Of a stretch of DNA of 64,000 bases, positions 53,405-64,000 are shown piece after piece. Source of the stretch: Octopus bimaculoides (lineage: Eukaryota). Within the stretch, counting starts at the first letter, position 1; each line of letters begins with the position of its first letter. The DNA lies in the NCBI RefSeq assembly GCF_001194135.2, contig NC_068981.1, positions 2,808,404 through 2,872,403 on the forward strand. Reading direction: 5' to 3'. The translations under genes and the position numbers were made by a program. The notes below the pieces were generated by a model. It was not told the DNA's origin, searched no databases, and saw nothing but the letters and a program-made list of their open reading frames with translations.

Positions 53405-54290
53405 GATAAGACTTGAACTTTGATGTACCTCTACCTGTAGGCTAAATTCCTCACTGAATCCATTACCAACTCTTACCTTGCTGAGAGCCCCCCTCTGTAC
53501 AAGCTATTCAGCTACACCTAGTTTTCTTAGTGACCACTTGACTATAAAATGTGGTAACTCTGACCAAGGCCTTCTCCAGGTCAATGAAATATAAGTATAA
53601 TGGCTTGGCTCTTTGCACAAACCTTTTTTCTTGTAGTTGTCTCACATAGAAGAGAGTACCTTGTAATATCTCACATAAACTAATGAGCTTACAAATTATT
53701 TGTGCTATAACTTCTTGTTTACTTCCACAGACCAGTCCAGCGATTCTTAAGCAGGGTCCGTATGGCCCTGGCAGGGAGCGGGGAGGGGGGTCTATACAAG
53801 AATTTTTGTTAAAATTTATGTGCAGTAAATTGGTTATACTTTTACAATACACAAAATATTTAAAGTTTTTTTTTATAAAATCCCTAATATTTAATTACAA
53901 AAATGGGATTTTTTAAATATTGAATGGCTATGAGGATCCACCCAAGTAAAACAAGAACCAGAGGGACCCATAGGCAACAAATGGTTGAGAACCACTGGAT
54001 GAGTCCATTAGTTAGATGCACAGTAGGTGTTTCTAGGACATCCTCTTTCATAGCAGTTGATGATTCCACTGTGGCATCAGTCATTGAGAATAACTCCATC
54101 CTGTATTCCCTGATTGACTATGCCAGTGACTCGTATGTCCCTGAATTTACTAAATATTTTCAGCCTCACAGGGACCATCTAGTGATCCTGCTGCTTTCTC
54201 TGCCTTCATAATTGTTAACGAGCATTTCAATCAAGTAGCTATCAATTACAATACTGGTCTTTCTTTGGAATTTACAAGAGATCAGTCTGT
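53405..54290 (-). mobile_element. Decayed RTE RT fragment split by a hAT MITE
   Basis: Peptides MKAEKAAG..GIVNQGIQDGVILND..IINCYE, then LFYVRQLQEK..KPLYLYFIDLEKA and YRGALSKVRVGNGFSEEFSLQVEVHQ. Confidence 0.8.
53738..53997. mobile_element. hAT-type MITE
   Basis: TIR CAGCGATTCTTAA/TTGAGAACCACTG and TSD gaccagtc/gatgagtc. Related pieces lie at ~58080-58185 and ~60288-60533. Confidence 0.7.
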
Positions 54291-54909
54291 TTAATGTGAA
54301 ACTATTACTATATACACACACATGTATATATACATATGTATATATAGAAACACACACACACACACACAACAATCTTATTAAAATTAACCATAATAAGCAT
54401 TAAATATAAAGAAACAGGTGTTAATCACTGAAAGAACACAAACTGTAACGAGCTTGTGAGTGAGGTAGGTGGGGCGGGGTTAGTGAGAGAGGGGACAACA
54501 GGCAACCAGACAAAATGAAGGACGTGAGGGAAGAGAAATAGGGGAGAGGAAGAATGGAGTTTTCACAAGAGCTGGTTGAAAGTTATCTGCATTCCAGATG
54601 CATGACTGTACAGTCAGATGATGATGAGNNNNNNNNNNNNNNNNNNNNNNNNNNNNNNNNNNNNNNNNNNNNNNNNNNNNNNNNNNNNNNNNNNNNNNNN
54701 NNNNNNNNNNNNNNNNNNNNNNNNNNNNNNNNNNNNNNNNNNNNNNNNNNNNNNNNNNNNNNNNNNNNNNNNNNNNNNNNNNNNNNNNNNNNNNNNNNNN
54801 NNNNNNNNNNNNNNNNNNNNNNNNNNNNNNNNNNNNNNNNNNNNNNNNNNNNNNNNNNNNNNNNNNNNNNNNNNNNNNNNNNNNNNNNNNNNNNNNNNNN
54901 NNNNNNNNN

Positions 54910-54946
<37 letters not shown>

Positions 54947-55265
54947 AAGTGTGTATGTGTGTATACATGCAAGCAAGTGAATGTGTCTAAATGAGTGAGT
55001 GTACATACAATGAAGTCTATGCCTGTGTGTAAACATACAAACACTGAGGTGTCTATATGTGAGTGTGTGTGTGTGTGTGTGTGTGTTATCAGAAAGAGAA
55101 AGTGAGTTAGTGTATATGTGAGTGAGTGTGTGTACTTATGTATGAGGACGAGTGAACATTGAACAAGGCTTATACCTGTGAGTGTGTGTTCAGTGATTGT
55201 ATGTGTGAGAGTATATAGACTGAGGTATTTGTGTGTGTGCATGTATATGCATTGATAACTGTAGC

Positions 55266-55304
<39 letters not shown>

Positions 55305-56191
55305 AGGCTATCTGTGTGTACATGGAAGAGGCCTGTGTGCAAGAGCATTAAATCTAAGAATAACCAACCCTGATGCTAGAACACAGACAGACTCACTGAG
55401 GGAAATACCAGGAATATAGGAGATTTCTGGCGATAACACACACACACACACACACTCTCTCTCTCTCTCTTTATTTTTCTCATTTTTACTTTTCACAACA
55501 AATAGTTGGGATTTGTTGTTTTAAAAAAGATTTACTGGGAACAGAATCAGAGAGAAGGAGAGGGTGGAGCTGTGTGTATGTGGGAGAAAGACTAGAGCTG
55601 TGCATGAGAGAAAGAGGGGAAGAGAGAGGGGGGGAGGGAGAAAGAGGGGAAGAGAGAGAATGGAGCTTTTGACAGTGTCTGGCCTATAAATCTATTGAAA
55701 GTGTCTGTCTATAGGCGTCATCTATCTCATTTCTTGGTTCAGTAGACCAGAGCAGACCACTGTTTGCTGATGGAGCTCTGATNNNNNNNNNNCACCACCA
55801 CCACTCTCTTCACTCTATCCAATGACTTATCACTACATGCCACAAAACCCCTTCTCACACAGATGACACAACCCTTCATTCCTCCTTGACATTCCCCAGC
55901 CATGTATCATCCACTCACAACATAGGACACCACATACCATACCCCACACCTTGAAAGCATCCCCTAATGGGGATATGTCGGTCTTGTCTCTTTGAACTAC
56001 AAGAAAATACACAAATGGAATTCGTATCAAGAACCCATCATTGCAACATACCCCTTTAATCATTACCAATACTCACTCAGGGATCTCAAAATTGTCCCAA
56101 ACGTTAGGTTTCTCAGTTCGATATTTGAGAGATGAGGAATTATGTACATTATTTACATTTGATGGATATTTGTCCTCATCTTGTTTGTTGT

Positions 56192-56238
56192 TAACCCAAC
56201 GTTTCAGTTGATATACCCTCCAGCCTTCATCAGGTGTG
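56192..56238 (-). ncRNA. Degraded hammerhead motif (left arm)
   Basis: CACAC-CTGATGA-A-GGCTG(gagggtatat)CAACT-GAAAC-GTT-GGGTT. The core is intact but stems I and II have mismatches. Confidence 0.45.
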
Positions 56239-56445
56239 TTGGGAAAATTTTGAACCTGGGTTCTCATTCTTAAGGTAGTTTTCGATGTTGTTATTATTAT
56301 TATTATTCAGGTCACTGCCTGGAACTGAACTCGGAATCTTGGGGTTACTAGCTCCCGTTCTTAACCACTCTACACCATATGCCTGTGGGCATATAACATC
56401 AAAAAATACCTCAGGAATGAGAACCCAGGTTCGAAATTTCCCCAA

Positions 56446-56491
56446 GACACCTGATGAAGGCTGGAGGGTATATCAGCTGAAACGTTGTGTT
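56446..56491 (+). ncRNA. Minimal type I hammerhead ribozyme motif
   Basis: GACAC-CTGATGA-A-GGCTG(gagggtatat)CAGCT-GAAAC-GTT-GTGTT. Stem I is GACAC/GUGUU, stem II is GGCUG/CAGCU, stem III is the self-complementary AACGUU, and the predicted cleavage triplet is GUU. Confidence 0.65.
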
Positions 56492-56841
56492 AACAACAAA
56501 CAAGATGAGGACAAATATCAGTCAAATGTAAATAATGTTAGGTTTCACTATAATGAAGAACCTTGCCTGGCATAATCACATTTTCGACATCGTTTTCAGT
56601 TAGATTTTACTTGTCTCAATCATCAGACTCCAGTCACACTGGAGCACCTCCTTGAAAAATTTTTAGTTGAATGAACCAAGGTGCCACACAGTTGGACTGA
56701 ACCTGGAATGATGTGGTTGGGAAGCAAACTTTTTAGACAGCAACGCCTGCACCTCCATGTAAATATTCACATCGTTTGACACCTAAGACAAATGAGTAAT
56801 TATTAAATATAAATACCATTTCGAAACATCCATATCTGTCA

Positions 56842-56843
<2 letters not shown>

Positions 56844-56912
<69 letters not shown>

Positions 56913-57216
56913 NNNNNNNNNNNNNNNNNNNNNNNNNNNNNNNNNNNNNNNNNNNNNNNNNNNNNNNNNNNNNNNNNNNNNNNNNNNNNNNNNNNNNNNN
57001 NNNNNNNNNNNNNNNNNNNNNNNNNNNNNNNNNNNNNNNNNNNNNNNNNNNNNNNNNNNNNNNNNNNNNNNNNNNNNNNNNNNNNNNNNNNNNNNNNNNN
57101 NNNNNNNNNNNNNNNNNNNNNNNNNNNNNNNNNNNNNNNNNNNNNNNNNNNNNNNNNNNNNNNNNNNNNNNNNNNNNNNNNNNNNNNNNNNNNNNNNNNN
57201 NNNNNNNNNNNNNNNN

Positions 57217-57270
<54 letters not shown>
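56844..57270. repeat. (TG)n microsatellite with gap
   Basis: Directly visible. Confidence 0.95.
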
Positions 57271-57273
<3 letters not shown>

Positions 57274-57611
57274 GCTTACTCATCACCAGGTGAGTATGAA
57301 GATGGTAGTTTCTACTATACCTTCACTAAATGTGAAAGGTAGGAGACATAGTGGTTAGGGTGTTCAGTTCATGTTGATAATCATAAAGGTTTGTAGGTTT
57401 AGTCCCTGGAATGGGTGGTGCATGATGTCCTCGAATAAGGAAGGCACTACTCATTATTCCATTTGGTCGGGAGTAAGAAGATCAAGAGGGTATCTACGTC
57501 TGCTCACGACTGCATTAGCATCAAAAACAACAGTTCTTAACTGGGATCCATATAAAATAATGTTAAAAATTAGGCACAATAAATTACTTCTGCATCTATA
57601 ATTTCATTTTA

Positions 57612-58017
57612 TTTTTTTACTTGTTTCAGTCATTTGATTGTGGTCATGCTGGAACATCACCTTTAGTCGAACAAATTGACCCCAGGACTTATTCTTTTGT
57701 AAGCCTAGTATTTATTCTATCAGACTCTTTTTGCCGAACCGCTAAGTGACAGGTACATAAACACACCAACATCGGTTGTCAAGCGATAATGAGGGAGACA
57801 CACAGACACAAATAACAAATACACACACACGCATATATATATATACATATATACGATGGGCTTCTTTCAGTTTCCATCTACCAAATCCACTCACAAGGCT
57901 TTGGTTGGCCTGAGGCTATAGTAGAAGACACTTGCCCAAGGTGCCACACAGTGGGACTGAACCCAGAACCATATGGTTGGGAAGTAAGTTTCTTACCACA
58001 GAGCCACTCCTGCACCT
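57612..58017 (-). mobile_element. tRNA-derived SINE, family A
   Basis: Collinear with the other family A copies. Confidence 0.85.
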
Positions 58018-58777
58018 ATAAAAATATTAAAATTTTTTTTTTGATACAATTCCTAATAATTCCTAATGATACTTAATTACAAAAATTTTTTAGGATTTTT
58101 TAAAGTATGGAATGGTTATGAGGGTCCATTTGAGTAAAAGAGGAACCTAAGGGGTCCATGAGTAAAGAATGGTTGAGAACCACTGACCTAAAAACAATTA
58201 GCAAAAAAAAAAATGCTTGTGTGAGTGCATGTGTGTGTTTAATTGAACAATGTAACAAGTGTGTATGTGTTTAAATGGCCAACATACCTGCTAGAGTGTA
58301 GCTGTTCGAAACAATTTCAACAACAAAAAAGAAAGAAAAAAACAGAAGAAAGGAAACCCAGTCCTTTTTCTTCATAGAAGAACATGATTCTCAAAATTTG
58401 TTCATTTCTAAATAGCTTCCACACAAATGTGTAGAGAAGAAAAGGAAAGGTTCTGGGGTAGGTGAAGAGTTTTGGGGGTATGTTAAAGGGGGGGAAAAAA
58501 TGTAGTGAAAAGAAATATTAAAAAAAATCTCATGGCAAAAGGCATACACTCTAGCAAGATTAATATGGCCATCAATTCCAATCCACTTTGGTTCACGTGA
58601 TCAATAATACAAGATCAATATTGCATTTCAGAAAGTACAAATTAAGAAAACAGATGAAACAGAAATGAATAATTCTTATCATAAGCAGTATAAAAGAAGA
58701 AAAAAAAAGGTGAGAAGACAGTTTTTTTGTTTTTTTTTCAGTGGTATTATACACAAATATTACCCTCTCTCTCTCTC

Positions 58778-58914
<137 letters not shown>

Positions 58915-61614
58915 AGATTGGCATCTTGAGCAACCTTGTGAGTCAAATGACTCCGCAGATCTCGAAATAAGGCGATGTCATAGTCAAAGAAATTAGAGAA
59001 ATCTGAACTTTCCTAAAAGGAACTTTGATTTACCAAAGTATAAGTTGTAGAATTCTATGACTATTATATGCATGGCCAAAATATATAATGAATAAATAAG
59101 TAAAGAAATAAAGAAATCTTATGGCCCCTTCATTTATCCTTTATGTTTTCATATCATATCATATCATATCATATCAATATATATATATATATATTGATAT
59201 ATATATATATATATATATATTGCTCTGCACCAGAAATATTCACACTTACAAGATCATAGATGTGTGTGTGTGTGTGTGTGAGTGTGTGTTTGTAAGTATT
59301 ACACATGCAACATATAGATAGGAATTAGTGAGCAGCAAAATACAAAATTAGCAAAACATGAGGGAGAGAGGGGGGGGGAGAAAGAGAGAGAGTTGAAGAG
59401 AGAGAACATTAGAAAGAGAGAGAGTGGGGAATGCATGCACATTATTGATTAAATAGCAGCAGTTGTTATAAATACAAAAGTTAAGGAGAAAAAGAAAAAA
59501 AAGATACCACCAAAGCAATCATCCCATCTTGTTCCCTCCTTTTAGTTCGATATAATACAGAGCTGGAGAGCTCTCTAATTAATTTAATTGAATTAATAAT
59601 ATGATGAAATTGATAGAGAAGTGCAATGCAGGTAGCAGTGTATTTTTCTCTGCCAATACTAGTTTAGATCTAGGGAGAAGAAATGGAACAGTTCCTTGCA
59701 CATCCTATACACCAATTCCACACACTGCCGACAGGATCAGATGAAATGAAATCCGCTCCCCACATCCCCATCCCCCTACCAACACACACACACTTTCACT
59801 TGTGTGACCTTCAATATTCAAGGTTAAGTTAAAGTGGCACTGAACAATCAATTACACCTACTTAATAATTTCATTGAAGGAATCTACTAATCTAGAGATT
59901 AGTAATTCCTTGGCAGAGGGGTGGGGGTGTAATACCAAGGTTTTAAGACAACCAACAGCACATCCTACTTTTATCGTTTTCATTCATGAAAAGATTTTTT
60001 TTTCCCTTTTTGTTCTTTAATCTCTCATCTACTTCCTTGCTACCTTTCATCTAACTCCTATTTATCCAACCCTCCTCCCTCAACCCTTGTTCAGCATTCA
60101 GTATATTTGCACCCCTACCCCATCTCTAACCATCCCTCACTTACAAACTCTACTCACCCACCCTTCCTGTTTTTCTGCCCACAGAACCCACCCTGACACC
60201 TCATCACCACCATTTTTATTCCTTTCTCCTTCTCTGCACCCATTACTTCCACCCCCACCCCCATTTTGTAATAAAGCAAGACACACCATGTGGTTCCCAA
60301 CTATTTTTTGCCCAAGGGCTTTTTTGGTTCCTGGAACCCTCATAGCCTTTCAATGACTAAAATCTTTAAACTTTATTAAGTATTGTATAAAAACTGTTTA
60401 AATATTTTGTGTATTGTAGAAATATATAACCAGCCATTGCACATAGATTCTAACAACATCTTGTGTGGACCCCCACCACTACCACCACCACCCAAAGGCC
60501 ACAGCCACATGGACCCTAGTTCAGAATTAACTGCTCTAACCTTTTGTTACCTAACATAAAGCTACCTTGTTCTCTACACTAGCACCATTCAGTGATAGGG
60601 GTTCTTAGTCTGGTGAGCGAAATGGTGACCTCAATACTGATAGTGCCACACACACACACAAAAAAAAACTCTCTGTACACTCAGTAAAGGGGTTGGTATT
60701 TGAAAAGGTAACCAACCATGAAAAACATGCCAAAGTAAACATTGGAACACAATGCAGATGCAGTCCTCCAATCTGTCAAGCCGTCCAATTTATGTCAACA
60801 TAAAAGAGTGATGCTAAATGATGATGCCGATACTCATCATCGTCATCGTCATTTAACGTCCATTTTCTATGCTGGCATGGGTTGGACAGTTTGACAAGAG
60901 CTGGGCAAGGCAAGGAGCTGTACGAAGTTCCATAGTCGGTTCTGGCATAGCTTCTACAGCTGGATTCCCTGACACAAACTACTTTACAGAGTGTGCTGGG
61001 TGCTTTTTACGTGACATCAGCACCAACAGGGTCACCAGATATCTTGCAAGACAAGAACTCCTCGAATGAGAGTGGGGAGTAAGTACTGAGGTAGTGAGAC
61101 CTTGTGCCAGCTGAAAGAGTTACAGTATAGAGGGGACAGATGTAGGGGTCTTCCTTTAAAGAAAATTAGGTAAAAATTAAATTCTGACATTTTTATTCCC
61201 CTTTTAGGTATTCTTTTATGTTTCACTCTGTGGAGAGGAAGAGAGAGAGACTAAGAAGCTGGATGTGTGAATGTTATTTGAGTCCCGGAATGGATTTTAC
61301 TATGAAGTCACAATGGGGACATTGATGACATTGATTTTGCCTGGGATTGGGCAAGTGTGTCTGTTGATTGTGGGAAATGGTTCTTCTATTGTTCTTTTTC
61401 TTCAACTCAAATTGTTTCCCCTGCCACTGCCCTGTTACTACAAGGGAGGAATCTTATATGGTGACATTATGCACCTACAGGGTGCTAAAGATTAGACAAC
61501 TTCATCAACTAACTTACCAATTAGAGAAAGGTAATTTCTTTAAAATGAGTTACCAAGTTTACAGTCTGCTTGTATGCCCCCTATGGCAAATTTTCCCACA
61601 ACAAAAATATTTAC

Positions 61615-61900
61615 TTAGAAAATTACTATTTTTAAATCTCACAACAAGAGATATTCAGCAACAGTACTTTATAGTAAAGATTGTTTGCCAACATAACATG
61701 GCAGTCCAGGTTTAGGACGAATGTTGCTGTAATTTATCCCCAGGAGACATCATCTCCAGCTGGCTATACGACACGATCTGTGTCCTTATATTTTCAAACA
61801 AGGGAATTTAGCACCCCCACTCAGCTCAAAACAATATCTGTGTATCGCAATTTCCAGGTTATTTCCCTTCATCAGCATAGAATAACTGTTCAGCTAGAGG
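61615..61900 (-). mobile_element. Second copy of the 27-kb repeat family
   Basis: Near-identical by eye to 26954-27240 (aaatctcacaac..gagatattcagcaacagtacttt...cccttcatcagca.agaataa). Confidence 0.75.
61837..61881 (-). ncRNA. Minimal type I hammerhead-like motif
   Basis: TCTATG-CTGATGA-AGG(gaaataa)CCT-G-GAAA-TTGCGAT-A-CACAGA, with one stem I mismatch. Confidence 0.55.
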
Positions 61901-63049
61901 TGATTTACAGCAAATTTTCCAGATGTGCCCAGAGCCATAGCAAAAGAAACCTGCCCGCAGAGTCATGCTTTGGGAATGAACCCTAAACCATTTGGTTTAC
62001 AAAGAAAACTTCTTATCCACACAGCCATGTCTGATAAAAGACGAAAATCAATATTGGTTAGATTTGAACACTGAAACACCATGCTGGTTAGTTATGTCAA
62101 CAATTTAGGAAGGGAGATCTGTTCTCGTTGTTGATGGAAATCATCAATAGTTTGTGGAGCTAACAATACAAGGTTAGATGAAAGCTTCATCAATGAGAAA
62201 TATCAATACAGTTCAATGGATAATGTCTGAATTTGGAACAGGAAAAACAGGTTTAATCCTACTGAGTAATTGAAACCTTCCTTCACTCATCTATTTGTTT
62301 CATGGTGGTGGTTTTGCTGTTTTTGTAGTTTTAAAACATTCATGTTGCAGGTGAGCAAAAAGTAGGATGATTTTTTTTTTTTTCGAGAAATGTATGAACA
62401 TCACAAAATCATATTCATCTCTGCCACAAATGTATACTTTGTACCAAAATAATGAAACGATATAAAATATCCACTTCCAATGAAATCAAAAGAAATGCTA
62501 AACATATATATGTGCAGGTGTGGCTGTGTGGTAAAAAGTTTGCTTCCCAATCACATTGTTCCAAGTTCAGTCCCACTACATGACACCCTGAGCAAGTGGA
62601 AGGTACCTTCTATAGTAGCTTTGGGCCTTGTACATGGATTTAGTAGACAGAATCCGAAAGAAGCCCATCATACCACCACTACTTGACAATTGGTGTTGGT
62701 GACTTTAAGTAACCTTAACTTAGCAGTTCAGCAAAAGAGACTGTCAGAATGAGTATCAGGCTTTAAAAAAAAAAAAAGATACAAGCACTGGGGTTGATTT
62801 TGACTAAAATTCTTCAAGGTGGTGCTCCAGCATGGCCACAGTCTAATGACTAAAACAAGTAAAAGATAAACATTTAGTAAGAACAATCTTGCACTGGTCA
62901 CATGTAGTTACCCAATAACTTTTACGTCATCAGTTAAGCCTTTAATTAGATCATATTTTATGTAACCTGATCAGTAGACAACAGATGTTTGTCTGACATC
63001 AACATAGCATTCTCAAAATCAAATGGCATTTTTTCCCCTTAGACCTTAG

Positions 63050-63270
63050 CCCTTTCGTTACTGTATTTATTTTGAGATGTTCTGTGTTTCTTTCAATTAC
63101 TTTGAATATAACAAAGAATTTAGTAAAATAACTTAATTATCATTAAGCTAGTGTTAGGAACATAAACTGTGACTAAGGTTTGATGGAAGATTTTAATTCA
63201 GAACTTATGAAAACAAGACATTTGTACTACAGAGCCAGAGACAGTTTCAGCCAGGTTGTTATCGAAAGGG
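63050..63270. mobile_element. piggyBac-type MITE (same family as 4451-4666)
   Basis: CCCTTTCGTTAC...ATCGAAAGGG|TTAA. The interior is nearly collinear with the 4.5-kb copy. Confidence 0.85.
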
Positions 63271-63877
63271 TTAAAGTAATTAGTGCTTTTCTCTATCATC
63301 TCTCTCCACACTCATTTGAAAGGGATACAAGAGCCCTCATTAGGGAACTATATACATGAAATGAAATGTCAGGAGTTGTTGCAAGTAGTGGTAGAACAAT
63401 CAGCAGTAGTGACTATGGCATATATATATACATATATACCATTTCACAAGTGATACCAACTTATAATTTTCTCGTAAAACCAGAGAAAAAAAGAAGAAAA
63501 ATCACACAGAGCTCTGTATTATCCAAACTCCATAAATCTAAGAGGCTAATTATAATTGCTGGCTTATTTCAATGGTGGGAACTCTTTGGAAATAATTCAT
63601 AAAATATTGATCAACTATTAATCACAAATTTAAAACTCCATTTCCAATCAATATGAGGCAAACATTTTAGAAAGTAACTTGTTCTTAAAAAAAAAAATAG
63701 ATAAATTAAAAAAAAAGAAAATCAACGAACAGATGCATTTCATTATAAGTCTAATTATAAGAGGCTTCGTAAAGTGGCACGGTGCCACAAAATAAAATGC
63801 CAATTCATTTCTTTCTTAAATGTGAGTAGAAACAACAACAGCAAAAAATGGTAACAGAAATTTCAGCCTTTTTTATA

Positions 63878-63926
<49 letters not shown>

Positions 63927-64000
63927 TTGTTGTTAAGATTACAAATAAGATAAGCTATCATTAATATAAACGTGATTTAATTCCAGACGGAGTAATTAGC

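Larger units (their letters stand above)
56114..56538. mobile_element. Palindromic non-autonomous element: tRNA-like head plus hammerhead-bearing inverted arms
   Basis: Inverted arms of 144 bp at 56146-56289 and 56395-56538. The spacer holds a minus-strand tRNA-like segment with A-box-like TGGTGTAGAGTGG and B-box-like GAGTTCAGTTCC. The centre is the small palindrome ATATGCC-TGTG-GGCATAT. Confidence 0.8.

Noticed and set aside
56310-56385. Possible tRNA gene
   Set aside because: It has only degenerate A/B boxes, no complete cloverleaf, and is embedded in a repeat. I treat it as a SINE-type head, as for the other tRNA-like segments in the window.
58288-58400. Possible upstream non-coding CUEDC1 exon ending at CAG|GTATGT
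   Set aside because: A single donor-like site is not enough evidence.

Overview
AT-rich, gappy, repeat-dense eukaryotic DNA. The SINE, RTE-LINE and MITE families and the microsatellite load look like an Octopus genome; this is inferred from repeat recognition and was not checked. The only gene I recognise is the first coding exon of CUEDC1 (CUE ubiquitin-binding domain, minus strand, 46091-46378, phase-0 GT donor). I could not find its later exons in the ~46 kb downstream. The rest is intronic or intergenic: tRNA-derived SINEs (often nested), decayed RTE-clade LINE fragments, Tc1/pogo, hAT and piggyBac-type MITEs, and mini/microsatellites. Almost all long ORFs in the track are microsatellite or N-gap artefacts. 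The main unexplained signal is that three unrelated repeat families, and possibly a fourth, each carry a minimal type I hammerhead-ribozyme motif (stem I, CUGAUGA, stem II, GAAA, palindromic stem III, UH). Two of these families are long palindromes with one ribozyme per arm pointing outward, and one has a Pol III tRNA-like head at its centre. Also notable are two isolated ~70-nt pre-miRNA-like hairpins downstream of the CUEDC1 exon and a stop-interrupted, exon-like segment with a Schlafen/AlbA_2-like motif.
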